Origin: Candidatus Poseidoniales archaeon
Lineage (GTDB): Archaea; Thermoplasmatota; Poseidoniia; Poseidoniales; Thalassarchaeaceae
Direction: 5' to 3'
Assembly: GCA_028283505.1 (NCBI GenBank)
Contig: JAPOFX010000001.1
Span: 137,127-201,126 of the forward strand
DNA: 64,000 nt
Numbering within the stretch: the stretch's first letter is position 1; the number at the start of each line of letters is the position of its first letter. Below are positions 16,159 to 25,077 of the stretch, one piece after another. Below the pieces are notes generated by a model. It saw nothing but the letters and a program-made list of their open reading frames with translations, was not told the DNA's origin and searched no databases. Position numbers and translations under genes: made by a program.

Positions 16159-17214
16159 TCAAACCGTTGGGACCGGTACTTGTCTCAGAATGTCGGAAAC
16201 AACCTCCTCATTTTCCAATCCCTTAATTTGGTGTTCTGGTTTTAGGATCAGCCTGTGTGAAACTGCCAATACTGCGACAGATTTTACATCGTCTGGGGTG
16301 ATGAAGTCCCTACCACTCATTGCAGCCGCTGCACGGCTGGTCTTGAGCAAGGCTTGGGAACCACGAGGGGATGAACCGACGAGGACCCTCGGGTCTTCCC
16401 TGGTTCTGGTAACTATCTCAACCATGTACATTCTAACTGCCGGATCGACATACACCTCCTCACATGCTTCTTGCATTGCAACCACTCTTGCTGGGTCAGT
16501 TATCGTCTCCACTTCAACGTCATCCTTCTTCCTTGCTACACGTCGTGCAAGAATCTCGTCCTCATCAGCTCGGTTTGGGTAACCAACACTCATCTTGAAC
16601 ATGAATCGGTCAAGCTGAGCCTCAGGCAGAGGATATGTACCCTCTTGCTCCACCGGGTTTTGGGTGGCCATAGTCAGGAAAGGAGCTGGGAGCTTATGTG
16701 TAACTACTCCGATGGTAACTTGCTTCTCCTGCATAGCCTCTAATAGAGCCGCCTGGGTCTTTGGCGGAGCTCTGTTGATTTCGTCAGAAAGAAGAAGATT
16801 GCAGAATATAGGTCCAGGCTTGAATGTGAACTCTCCCTTTTTGGCATCATAGATGTTGGTCCCTGTGATATCCGCAGGCAACAAATCAGGAGTGAATTGA
16901 ACTCTCTTGAAGTCGCATCCAAGTGCGTCAGCGAACGTATTAGTCATGAGAGTCTTTGCCAGACCTGGGTAATCCTCGAATAGAAGATTTCCATTCGATA
17001 GTATGTTGATGAGCACGTTATCGATTACATGGGATTTTCCAATAATCACCTTCTGAACTTCAGCGCTTATGGCTTCTCCAATCCTTCCGACAGCCTCTAA
17101 CTTTTCGTTTGTCTTCTTGGATCCTCTGGCCTTCGCAGCCTTCTCCTCGTACCCTTTCGATACTACGTCTGCTGGCGGTGCTGGGGGTTTTTCTGCTGGC
17201 GGTGTTGCGTTCAT
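16159..17214 (-). CDS. moxR: MoxR-family AAA+ ATPase
   Basis: Blocks seen are LLFEDYPGLAKT, RVQFTPDLLPADITG, Walker B/sensor region LLLSDEINRAPPKTQAALLEAMQE, ATQNP.EQEGTYPLPEAQLDRF and a C-terminal SPRGS lid. Confidence 0.85.
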   Translation of the reverse strand: MNATPPAEKPPAPPADVVSKGYEEKAAKARGSKKTNEKLEAVGRIGEAISAEVQKVIIGKSHVIDNVLINILSNGNLLFEDYPGLAKTLMTNTFADALGCDFKRVQFTPDLLPADITGTNIYDAKKGEFTFKPGPIFCNLLLSDEINRAPPKTQAALLEAMQEKQVTIGVVTHKLPAPFLTMATQNPVEQEGTYPLPEAQLDRFMFKMSVGYPNRADEDEILARRVARKKDDVEVETITDPARVVAMQEACEEVYVDPAVRMYMVEIVTRTREDPRVLVGSSPRGSQALLKTSRAAAAMSGRDFITPDDVKSVAVLAVSHRLILKPEHQIKGLENEEVVSDILRQVPVPTV

Positions 17215-17260
17215 ACTATTATCTCCAGTTAATCATTGCTTTTGTCAATTGCGTCTGCGG

Positions 17261-18856
17261 TCAATTTCCGCCTCCCCAGCGTCTGATGGATTGCATCAGC
17301 TCTCTGAGCTCTTTAGGGGAGTATTTTCTCTCTTTGGAATAAGCTAGCTCCACAAGTCTTGGATTGCCAATCATCGATTGGATCTCAGCTGGTGGCTTAA
17401 GCGCCATTTGATCTCTGGTGAGGTCATGGTGGACCCTAATTTTCGTGAATAGTGCCTGCTGAACTCTTCTTCTGTATTCACTCGGATTTAGCTTGTTAGG
17501 CCTCTCGGAGAATCTGGTCAAATCAAAAACATGTCTCCAGTTTTCCTTTTCTGGGACAATCATCATTGCAACTAGTAGCAGAAGTCCAACGTTTAGTACG
17601 ACTAGCCATTTTAGGAATGTGTTGGAGGTGAGTAAAACGACAGTACTCATAGCTTCAACGAATGGGGCCGAGACGACTCCCGTGACGTGCCTGCTTTCGT
17701 CAAACACTACCTGAAAGTTGGAGAAATCACTCTTCACTTCTCCGGACAATTCCAGATTATCGAACTCCATCATAGAGTAAATTAGAAGTCTGAAGTAGTC
17801 TCCATTTCCATTCCATTGAGATCCATCGGAATCCTCGAATGCATCATTCCAACAACTCTGGTAGGCACCTATTACCTCACAAACTCTGGGAATCCCCTCT
17901 CCTTGAGCTACTTCATCAGTCCAAAGCATGTTCGAGAAGGCTTCAGGGTCTGAAACGAAAACAATGCTTCCAGTCACCTCTATCTCAGCGGTATTACCAC
18001 CGACGATTGCCTGACCTCCCCTAACTTTGTCGTACACATTAATTCCTGGGTAATCAGCTCTTATCATCAGTGCCAAATCTCCTGGAGCGGGATTTCTGAA
18101 GTCACTTGAATCTCCATTCCCGATTAGATCTATAAATGCGGAGGGAGATGCCTTCGATATTACGGTCACGTCACGATGCCCCGGGTCTTCCCTATCTCTC
18201 TCGGTTTGCTCAAATTTCATTCCCGTGGGCTTTCTGAACATTACTGGAAGAGCGCATGAGTCGTCGTATTGGTCAATCTCGAATGTCCCACACCCATCAT
18301 TTCCAAACTCCGTTGCCTCTTCCTCAAGTGTTCCGATCCCCCAAACGTTTTCCCATGAATATTGACTAACTCCTTCGTCATTCTCAGTGACGTAATACTG
18401 GTTTTCGTCTAGCAGGGGGGAATCAAAGTAAGTCACTCCAAATTTAGAGGCTAGCCTATTTGCGTTAGTTCCGTCAGCGGCCACAATGACCTTGCCACCA
18501 GACTCTGTGACGAAATCGTAAATTGAATCCGCCTCGGTCTGATCAATCGGTTTTTCTGGAGCTATAACGAGTAGCATGGTCCTATGAGGGTATTTCCAGT
18601 CGTTTACTAGCATTGGAGTTGACATGGTGTTAGCAATCGAATAACCATCGTCCTCCTCCAAGCTATCCCTCATATCCTTCAACTGAGCCAGTCCGTCGTA
18701 GTCCCCCTCACTTGAATAAGCAGAATAATGAGTGGCCTTTCCAACTACGAAAATCATTGGCAGGATGAGGAGTAATGCAGTCGTAATCCCCAGAGACCAA
18801 GTGACGTATGTGCCGAATTCTCGACCATCGTCTTTGTTATCCAAGCTAACCAACAC
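17261..18856 (-). CDS. DUF4350-like membrane protein (N-terminal TM, large exoplasmic domain, second TM, basic cytoplasmic tail)
   Basis: Region MLLVIAPEKPIDQTEADSIYDFVTESGGKVIVAADGTNANRLASKFG resembles DUF4350. First gene of the MoxR/DUF58 operon. GTG start. Confidence 0.55.
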   Translation of the reverse strand: MLVSLDNKDDGREFGTYVTWSLGITTALLLILPMIFVVGKATHYSAYSSEGDYDGLAQLKDMRDSLEEDDGYSIANTMSTPMLVNDWKYPHRTMLLVIAPEKPIDQTEADSIYDFVTESGGKVIVAADGTNANRLASKFGVTYFDSPLLDENQYYVTENDEGVSQYSWENVWGIGTLEEEATEFGNDGCGTFEIDQYDDSCALPVMFRKPTGMKFEQTERDREDPGHRDVTVISKASPSAFIDLIGNGDSSDFRNPAPGDLALMIRADYPGINVYDKVRGGQAIVGGNTAEIEVTGSIVFVSDPEAFSNMLWTDEVAQGEGIPRVCEVIGAYQSCWNDAFEDSDGSQWNGNGDYFRLLIYSMMEFDNLELSGEVKSDFSNFQVVFDESRHVTGVVSAPFVEAMSTVVLLTSNTFLKWLVVLNVGLLLLVAMMIVPEKENWRHVFDLTRFSERPNKLNPSEYRRRVQQALFTKIRVHHDLTRDQMALKPPAEIQSMIGNPRLVELAYSKERKYSPKELRELMQSIRRWGGGN

Positions 18857-18925
18857 CCTAACATAGGTTCAATCTAGCACCTACGGTGCTGTGCGGAGCG
18901 CGATTGCCCAATTATATGCTTCGGC

Positions 18926-18933
18926 AAAAAAAA
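18926..18933 (-). terminator. Oligo-T tract (T8 on transcribed strand), candidate archaeal terminator
   Basis: The A8 run on the + strand lies about 60 nt downstream of the stop of the 18995..19930 gene, in the only sizeable spacer of this minus-strand gene string. Confidence 0.35.
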
Positions 18934-18994
18934 TCTCATTTACCGCCCAATGCTAACTCAGTATGCCGATTTAGACATTTACTTGTGAGGTGCA

Positions 18995-19930
18995 CTAGTC
19001 CCGCCTATCCGTCTTGATTGATGCTGAAATAAGAATCATAATTACCGTCAGAAAAACTCCTATATTTGGCAAATTAGAACTTACCACCTCATCAATGGTG
19101 TCGCCCTCATTTCCTCCTTGATCATTTGTCCCCTCTTCCTTCACCGGAGGTGGCTCAACAGTAACTCTGACACTATCACTTGCTATCACAGAACCGCCAG
19201 AGTTCGTGGCGCCGTTCGATGAGATGACAACTTCCACCTCACAATTTCTTTGAGGATGGCTTTGGGACGCGGTAATCACCAAGGGCGAGGAAACTCCATT
19301 CTGTATATCACGACTAGTGAGTTCATCAAGGGAGCTTGTTGTCAGCAATGGGCAATTGTCGGATATCTCCACAGAACCAACCCTATCCGGTGCGTTACCT
19401 AGATTCCTAACTAATACCTCGAGCGTCATTTCAGACCCAGAATTCATCGGTCCAACTGGTTCCGATATGCTGATTTCCAAATCATAAATGGTTGGAATCA
19501 AAAGCTCTCCAGTGCTACTTCTTGAATCCGGAATTGGCTGAGGGACTGAACCCCTTGATGCCAACTGCCCGGTTATGCTAAACTCTTCAGTGGTTTCGGC
19601 GGGATTATCCCTGACATTGATGCCTGAAATTGCTAGGGTGAATGTCTTATTATTTCCAGCACCAATCGTCTCGGACTCTGGTCCGTCGTATTCCCCCTCA
19701 AACGGTATTTCATAGTCAAAATCCACAGTGATTGGTAACAGCTCGTTATTCGAGACGAAAAAGGACACAGTCACAGCCCCCGTTGAACTCAATTTGAAGG
19801 GATTATCTTCATCCTCTTGGGGGTATTCAATCCCTAGTTCCCAACCCGGAGGCTCAGGCTGCTGAGAGGCTACTATTGTCGAACACATGCAAAGTAAAGC
19901 AATGGAGGCGATAATAACTCCGACCTTCAA
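18995..19930 (-). CDS. Secreted CARDB/Ig-like protein with C-terminal TM anchor
   Basis: Signal peptide MKVGVIIASIALLCMCSTIVAS. CARDB-like segment MTLEVLVRNLGNAPDRVGSVEISDN. C-terminal helix IGVFLTVIMILISASI followed by KTDRRD. Begins 2 nt after the FAD-subunit gene. Confidence 0.6.
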   Translation of the reverse strand: MKVGVIIASIALLCMCSTIVASQQPEPPGWELGIEYPQEDEDNPFKLSSTGAVTVSFFVSNNELLPITVDFDYEIPFEGEYDGPESETIGAGNNKTFTLAISGINVRDNPAETTEEFSITGQLASRGSVPQPIPDSRSSTGELLIPTIYDLEISISEPVGPMNSGSEMTLEVLVRNLGNAPDRVGSVEISDNCPLLTTSSLDELTSRDIQNGVSSPLVITASQSHPQRNCEVEVVISSNGATNSGGSVIASDSVRVTVEPPPVKEEGTNDQGGNEGDTIDEVVSSNLPNIGVFLTVIMILISASIKTDRRD

Positions 19931-19932
19931 AC

Positions 19933-20913
19933 TTAGCCCTCCAGTAGGGCACTACATGCTCTTCTGGTTAGAACTTTGACCATTTTTTTCCTGTAAGAGG
20001 GCGGATACCAAGTGTTTAGGACAGGCTTCACCGACCTTCTGACAGACTCAGATAACTTGGTCACACTATCTTTGCCATCCCATCCTTCCAAAGCCTCCAT
20101 GGCCTGTTCAGTGTGTAACACGGGCACGGACTCCAAACCGGTCGTTGCTACACGCAAATCTTCGATGATGCCCCCCTCTCTTTTCCATGTCACTGCGACT
20201 CCTGCTTCAGGGAAATCCCAGCTTTCTCTCTGTCTTAGTTTCTGATAATCTCCTTCCCATTCAAATAGGTCCTCAGGGAAGGTGACATGTGTCACTATTT
20301 CACCTTCCCTTAGCACGTTTCTAGTCATCCCATCAAGTCTGAAGAACTCATTAATTGGCATCTCTCTGGATTCATCGTGTGACGAAAGGTGTATGGTCGC
20401 ACCAAGGCACATCAGAACGGGAGCCAAATCAGCCTGGTATGTTGCAACACATAGGTCGTTCTGATTAGGAATTACTCTACAGTCTGCCCCAGTTCCACAA
20501 TCACATTTATGGCACCAATCTATAGACTCCCGCCACTCCTCAGTTTGATTGTACCAGAAGCACCTAGTATCGAGACAGATATTTCCTCCCAATGTCGCGG
20601 ATCTCCTGACCATCACGCTAGCTATCTTGCTGGCAGTTTGGGAGATTAAAGGATGAATAGAATCCGACTCAACTATTTCCTGAAGGCTTACCATGGCTCC
20701 TATTCTGAGTGGCGAAATTACATACAATTCATCGATTCCTGATAGTGAGATCACATCCTTCTTGGTATTGATGTGCCATTTGTAATTTGGAATAATATCG
20801 GTACCTCCTGAAATCCAGTCGTACTCCCTTCCCTCTGATGATAATTCTGAGGCTTTTGATAGTGCTTCATTCAACGTACTTGGGGTGTGTAAGTTGAACG
20901 GTGGCATCCTCAC
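19933..20913 (-). CDS. Molybdenum hydroxylase FAD-binding (medium) subunit with Cys-rich insertion
   Basis: CoxM/XdhB-type FAD_binding_5 pattern (WISGGTDIIPNYK, ATLGGNIC). Cys-rich stretch CLDTRCFWYNQTEEWRESIDWCHKCDCGTGADCRVIPNQNDLC. 4-nt overlap with the large subunit. Confidence 0.8.
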   Translation of the reverse strand: MRMPPFNLHTPSTLNEALSKASELSSEGREYDWISGGTDIIPNYKWHINTKKDVISLSGIDELYVISPLRIGAMVSLQEIVESDSIHPLISQTASKIASVMVRRSATLGGNICLDTRCFWYNQTEEWRESIDWCHKCDCGTGADCRVIPNQNDLCVATYQADLAPVLMCLGATIHLSSHDESREMPINEFFRLDGMTRNVLREGEIVTHVTFPEDLFEWEGDYQKLRQRESWDFPEAGVAVTWKREGGIIEDLRVATTGLESVPVLHTEQAMEALEGWDGKDSVTKLSESVRRSVKPVLNTWYPPSYRKKMVKVLTRRACSALLEG

Positions 20914-23741
20914 TCCACATCACCCCTATACCTTCTCTCCGTGTGCTTCCATGCGCTTCCAGCTAAACCGGGATCTTCTAAATAACCATCCGGGGGTATT
21001 ACTACCGCTGCCCATCTTGAGTCTTGTTCGTCTCCGGGAATCTCAGGGTCTAGTCCGAAAAGGGCCCCATTGTGATAGGGGGATGGGCTATCTGTAAGCC
21101 TTCTTTCCTTATCCCTTTTTGAGTGATCGATTGACCTTCTTTGCAGAGTTTCCTGCAGGGATGTAAACTCCAGTCTGGGAGGGGCCATGTCTGATGGTTC
21201 CCCAATCCCCTCAGATTTGCACCTTCTCTCGATCGCCTTGTACAATCTGTCTGGTGTGATCGGAAGCTCACTAACCCTTACCCCGATAGCATCGTAAACA
21301 GCGTTAACAACCGCTGGAAGTATGGGAAGCAGAGGCCCCTCCCCAGCTTCCTTAGCGCCAAACGGACCTTCAGGATCATTGGACTCAACGATTATCGGAG
21401 TGACATCTGGCATCTCATGAACCGTGGGTATCTTGTAATCCAAGAGGTCAGGATTCAGAAGATGCCCCGTCCGGCCATACTTCATCTCTTCACTGAGGAC
21501 TTGCCCCAACCCCATGTGGCACGAACCAATAATCTGGCCCTCCACGGCCAACGGGTTGAGTGCCTTACCGCAATCATGAGCTGCCCAGACTTTCGTAACC
21601 TTAGTTTGCCCCGTCTCTACGTCCACATCAACCTCCGCGACATAAGCAGAAAATGAGTACGCAGGAGCAAGTCCGGCAGCTGCGCCTTTGTGTGCCCTTC
21701 CCATCGGGGGTGTACGGTACGAACCCGAGGAAACCAATGCCCCCTTGTCTTCTTGGGCCTTATGTAAGGCTTCCAAGTAAGAAACGCCAACTGCGGGATC
21801 TCTTTTGTCGAAGATTCGACGATCACCGATTACTAGACCCTCGATTTTCGAACCGGTAATTTCACTTGTCGCCTCCAATAACTCGTTCCTTATCTCCATT
21901 GCCGCTGAAATAGCCGCATTGGCATTCATGAAAGTTACTCTCGATGAGTAGGAGCCCAGATCAACCGGAGAAGTGTCACTTTCCTTGCTTCTGACTCTGA
22001 TCATGTCGAGAGGGAGGCCCAGAACTTCAGCCACCGATTGAGCTACAACCGTATCAGATCCCTGGCCTATGTCGGCGGCACCAGTATGGACAGTGACTCC
22101 TCCGTCCATATCGATTTTCAAGTGAACTGTGGCGTGAGGGAACTTGTTTGGGTCCCAATGTATCGGGAGGCCACTTCCAGAGATAAAGAACCCGCAACCT
22201 ATTCCTATGCCCTTCCCAAGAGGCATCTTTCTGAATTTTTCATCCCATCCGGACTCTTCTTTCACCCTTTCAAGACATTCCCTCATACCTATGCTTGTGA
22301 CTCTAAATCCAGTAATCGTGGCACTGTGAGGGGGCAGTAGATTTGCAAGCCTGAAATCAATTGGATCAACCCCAAGCTGTTCAGCCAAATCATCAATCCC
22401 AGTTTCCACGGCGCACCTCGAATTCACCGCGCCATGGCCCCTCATGGCACCACTGGCTGGCTTATTGGTCCACACCCTGGCGCCAGTATAATGGAAAGCT
22501 CCAATTTCATAGGGTGCAGTATGGAGAACTCCGTTGTAATAGGTAGTCACATGTCCGAACGATGCAAAAGCACCTCCATCAATCAGGGCATCGGTCTCTA
22601 TGCCACAGAGTCGACCCTCTGAATCCGCATGCAAAGACATTGATATCTTCGAAGGGTGCCTCCCTCTGTTTACCCAGAAAACCTCCTCCCTGTCGAAATT
22701 AATCCTCACAGGCCTGCCTGTCTTCCTAGCTAGAATAGCCGCGCACATTTCGTGAGGGAAAGGGTCCGACTTCCCGCCAAACCCTCCTCCTACGAATGTC
22801 CTGTACACATTTATCTGATGCATAGGGATGTCCAATACGTCGGCAAGAGCTCTGTGCAAGTAGTGAGGCACCTGTTGAGGAGTGTAAAGCGTCAATCTGC
22901 CAGAAGGGTCCCAGTGAGCCACGACTGCGTGTGGCTCAGTAAACCCATGATTAACCCCGGTGAAAGTCCAGTTTGACTCGTGAGAGGCTAAAGAACTATC
23001 TTTCATATCAGAAATATTTCCAAACTGCTGGAACACCCTTTTCTGTACGTTTGAATCACCAATATGGTATTTGCCTCGGTCATGAATCGGGTTTTCGGAA
23101 TCTTCCAGCCCCTGCTTAATATCATGAATGGAATCAAGGACCTCGTATTCTACCTCAATCAATCTACATGCCTCTCTAGCTGTAGGCTCATCAATAGCCG
23201 CGACACATGCCACTAGATCTCCGACATGTCTGACTTTCTCTACAGCCATGGCGTGCTCGTCTTTGGTAACCGGAAGGACACCAAACTTCCCCGGGGCGTC
23301 TTCCCCAGTAGCTACTCCCAAAACTCCTGGCAACTCTAGTGCTTTACTGATATCGATAGAGAGTACTCTGGCATAATGGTGAGGACTTCTCAGGATTCTC
23401 CCGATTACCTCTCCCTGGAGCCTGATGTCATCTCCATATTTTGCCTGGCCAGTTACTTTCCAATTACTGTCCACTAGGGAAGTGGGTTTTCCGATTACTT
23501 GGCCACTCACCAAGTCATCATGCCTGTGTGGCCCCCATGGCTGTTTCAAAGAACCCCCTTGTGATTCAGGAATTCTCGAGTAATCAGTCGGTTTGGAGAA
23601 ACGATTTCTACCCCCTGAACCCGGCTTAGAGAACGGTAGCTTACCGGGTTGTTGTCTGTATCCAACCATCTCACCCGATTCCGAAGTAACATCTCTTTCG
23701 GAAGCTTCCTTACTTTTGATCGAACGGTCATTATCTGACAT
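20910..23741 (-). CDS. Molybdopterin-binding large subunit, xanthine dehydrogenase/aldehyde oxidase family, with N- and C-terminal extensions
   Basis: Patterns KVTGQAKYGDD, FVGGGFGGKSD and ASGAMRGHGAVNSRCAVE. It lacks the VAYRCSFR motif of form I CO dehydrogenase. At 943 aa it is longer than the usual ~780 aa. Confidence 0.85.
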   Translation of the reverse strand: MSDNDRSIKSKEASERDVTSESGEMVGYRQQPGKLPFSKPGSGGRNRFSKPTDYSRIPESQGGSLKQPWGPHRHDDLVSGQVIGKPTSLVDSNWKVTGQAKYGDDIRLQGEVIGRILRSPHHYARVLSIDISKALELPGVLGVATGEDAPGKFGVLPVTKDEHAMAVEKVRHVGDLVACVAAIDEPTAREACRLIEVEYEVLDSIHDIKQGLEDSENPIHDRGKYHIGDSNVQKRVFQQFGNISDMKDSSLASHESNWTFTGVNHGFTEPHAVVAHWDPSGRLTLYTPQQVPHYLHRALADVLDIPMHQINVYRTFVGGGFGGKSDPFPHEMCAAILARKTGRPVRINFDREEVFWVNRGRHPSKISMSLHADSEGRLCGIETDALIDGGAFASFGHVTTYYNGVLHTAPYEIGAFHYTGARVWTNKPASGAMRGHGAVNSRCAVETGIDDLAEQLGVDPIDFRLANLLPPHSATITGFRVTSIGMRECLERVKEESGWDEKFRKMPLGKGIGIGCGFFISGSGLPIHWDPNKFPHATVHLKIDMDGGVTVHTGAADIGQGSDTVVAQSVAEVLGLPLDMIRVRSKESDTSPVDLGSYSSRVTFMNANAAISAAMEIRNELLEATSEITGSKIEGLVIGDRRIFDKRDPAVGVSYLEALHKAQEDKGALVSSGSYRTPPMGRAHKGAAAGLAPAYSFSAYVAEVDVDVETGQTKVTKVWAAHDCGKALNPLAVEGQIIGSCHMGLGQVLSEEMKYGRTGHLLNPDLLDYKIPTVHEMPDVTPIIVESNDPEGPFGAKEAGEGPLLPILPAVVNAVYDAIGVRVSELPITPDRLYKAIERRCKSEGIGEPSDMAPPRLEFTSLQETLQRRSIDHSKRDKERRLTDSPSPYHNGALFGLDPEIPGDEQDSRWAAVVIPPDGYLEDPGLAGSAWKHTERRYRGDVE

Positions 23742-24359
23742 CTACTCACTCCCTGAGAACCCGGGATGAGGATCACTCTTTGATGAAGTAGAGTTGCCAA
23801 CCCTTCTGCCAGAGACTAATATCTCTGACGCTTTGGAAATCGACTCAACTATTTGTTGATAACCGGTACATCTGCATAGATTTCCTTCGATTGCAGTCTT
23901 TATCTCCGCTTCAGAAGGAGAAGGATTTTTTTCTAGCAAGGCCGCTGAGACAACTAGGAAGCCAGGTGTGCAAAAGCCACATTGGCTCCCTCCGCAGTCG
24001 GCAAAAGTCTGCTGAATTGGATGCAAATGGTGGCCTGAAGATAGACCCTCTACAGTAGTGATTTCGCAATCCCTTACTTCTTGGGCCAGTACTAGACAGG
24101 AAAGCTTTGGAGTTCCATTTATCATCACACTACAGCAACCACATGTTCCCATGTCACATCCTCTTTTCGTACCCAAACTACCGGACTGATCCCTCAATAC
24201 GTCCAGGAGAATCGCATTGCTGTCTATGAAGAAGTCTACGTTTACACCGTTAACACTGGCATTCCATCTGACCTTATCGGGCCCGGGAACCAAAGGTAGG
24301 CTATACTGCACCACATGCTCACCAGAACAATCAACGACTTGAGTATTTTGTTCCCCCAT
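23742..24359 (-). CDS. [2Fe-2S]-binding small subunit of the molybdenum hydroxylase
   Basis: Plant-type cluster motif GCDMGTCGCCSV plus a second cluster motif QCGFCTPGF..LCRCTGY. Abuts the large-subunit start codon. Confidence 0.85.
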   Translation of the reverse strand: MGEQNTQVVDCSGEHVVQYSLPLVPGPDKVRWNASVNGVNVDFFIDSNAILLDVLRDQSGSLGTKRGCDMGTCGCCSVMINGTPKLSCLVLAQEVRDCEITTVEGLSSGHHLHPIQQTFADCGGSQCGFCTPGFLVVSAALLEKNPSPSEAEIKTAIEGNLCRCTGYQQIVESISKASEILVSGRRVGNSTSSKSDPHPGFSGSE

Positions 24360-24365
24360 CTACTA

Positions 24366-25013
24366 TTACTGAATGTCTTCTAACACTTTCTTCATAATTT
24401 CAAACTCAGCTCTCTTCATGTGCTCACCTAACGTGCTTCTGGCCATGCCAAGTCCATCAGCAATATCTTTGAGTTTGATATCCGAATTAGGGTCAAAGTA
24501 ACCCATATTTATGGCGTAAGAGAGTACTTCCTTCTGCTTGTCTGTCAACCCATCAGTCCAACCATTTTTCTCTTCCTTTCTGAAAGAATTAACACTGATT
24601 TTATCCGGTGGAAGTACTACTCTAAGAAGAGATACGAACCTGCTTACAGAGCCAGAAAGTCCGGATAGCCTAAGCTCCATGCCTCTTGTCGAATCTATCC
24701 CGTATGGGGGGTATACTTGAATGTTCGATAGCTCAATAGCGGACTTAGCAAAGGGATGGCTACAAAGAATGCTCGCTACCAACAAATCTCCATCCTCCTC
24801 TAGAACTTCGATAACCTCTAGCCAACTGATTTCTGATAAGTCGGTAATCTCCCTTCCTTCTTTCATTCGTATTTCGGCTAGTTGAACGACTCCCCTTTCG
24901 CTGACAGAAAGATGACTCAGAACCTCTATACTTTCTGCGATCTTCAAGATGTTTGATATGTCACTTGAGCCGTGGAGAGATGAGATATTCCATCTTAGGT
25001 TTACTCTTCTCAT
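24366..25013 (-). CDS. HTH_10 (bacterio-opsin-activator-type) transcriptional regulator
   Basis: C-terminal LTDKQKEVLSYAINMGYFDPNSDIKLKDIADGLGMARSTLGEHMKRAEFEIMKKV is the archaeal HTH_10 pattern. It ends 6 nt before the small-subunit start. Confidence 0.7.
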   Translation of the reverse strand: MRRVNLRWNISSLHGSSDISNILKIAESIEVLSHLSVSERGVVQLAEIRMKEGREITDLSEISWLEVIEVLEEDGDLLVASILCSHPFAKSAIELSNIQVYPPYGIDSTRGMELRLSGLSGSVSRFVSLLRVVLPPDKISVNSFRKEEKNGWTDGLTDKQKEVLSYAINMGYFDPNSDIKLKDIADGLGMARSTLGEHMKRAEFEIMKKVLEDIQ

Positions 25014-25077
25014 ACAATTCTCAACGACTTTATCTTATTGAAACCAACGGTCTGAGAATATATACGAAAAATACAAT

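Noticed and set aside
15986-16582. 198-aa + strand ORF across the DUF58/MoxR junction
   Set aside because: It is antisense to two genes with clear family motifs, and its composition is typical of shadow ORFs.
18857-18994. Possible small RNA (hairpin AGCACC-TAC-GGTGCT) in the 138-bp spacer
   Set aside because: It is only a 6-bp stem with no C/D or H/ACA box motifs. The spacer is adequately explained by the terminator of the upstream gene (T8 tract) and the promoter/5' UTR of the DUF4350 gene.
20910-23741. Aerobic CO dehydrogenase (CoxL) call for the large Mo subunit
   Set aside because: The active-site loop reads ASGAMRGHGAVNSRCAVE rather than the form I VAYRCSFR or form II AYRGAGR signatures. 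A generic xanthine dehydrogenase/aldehyde oxidoreductase-family call is kept.
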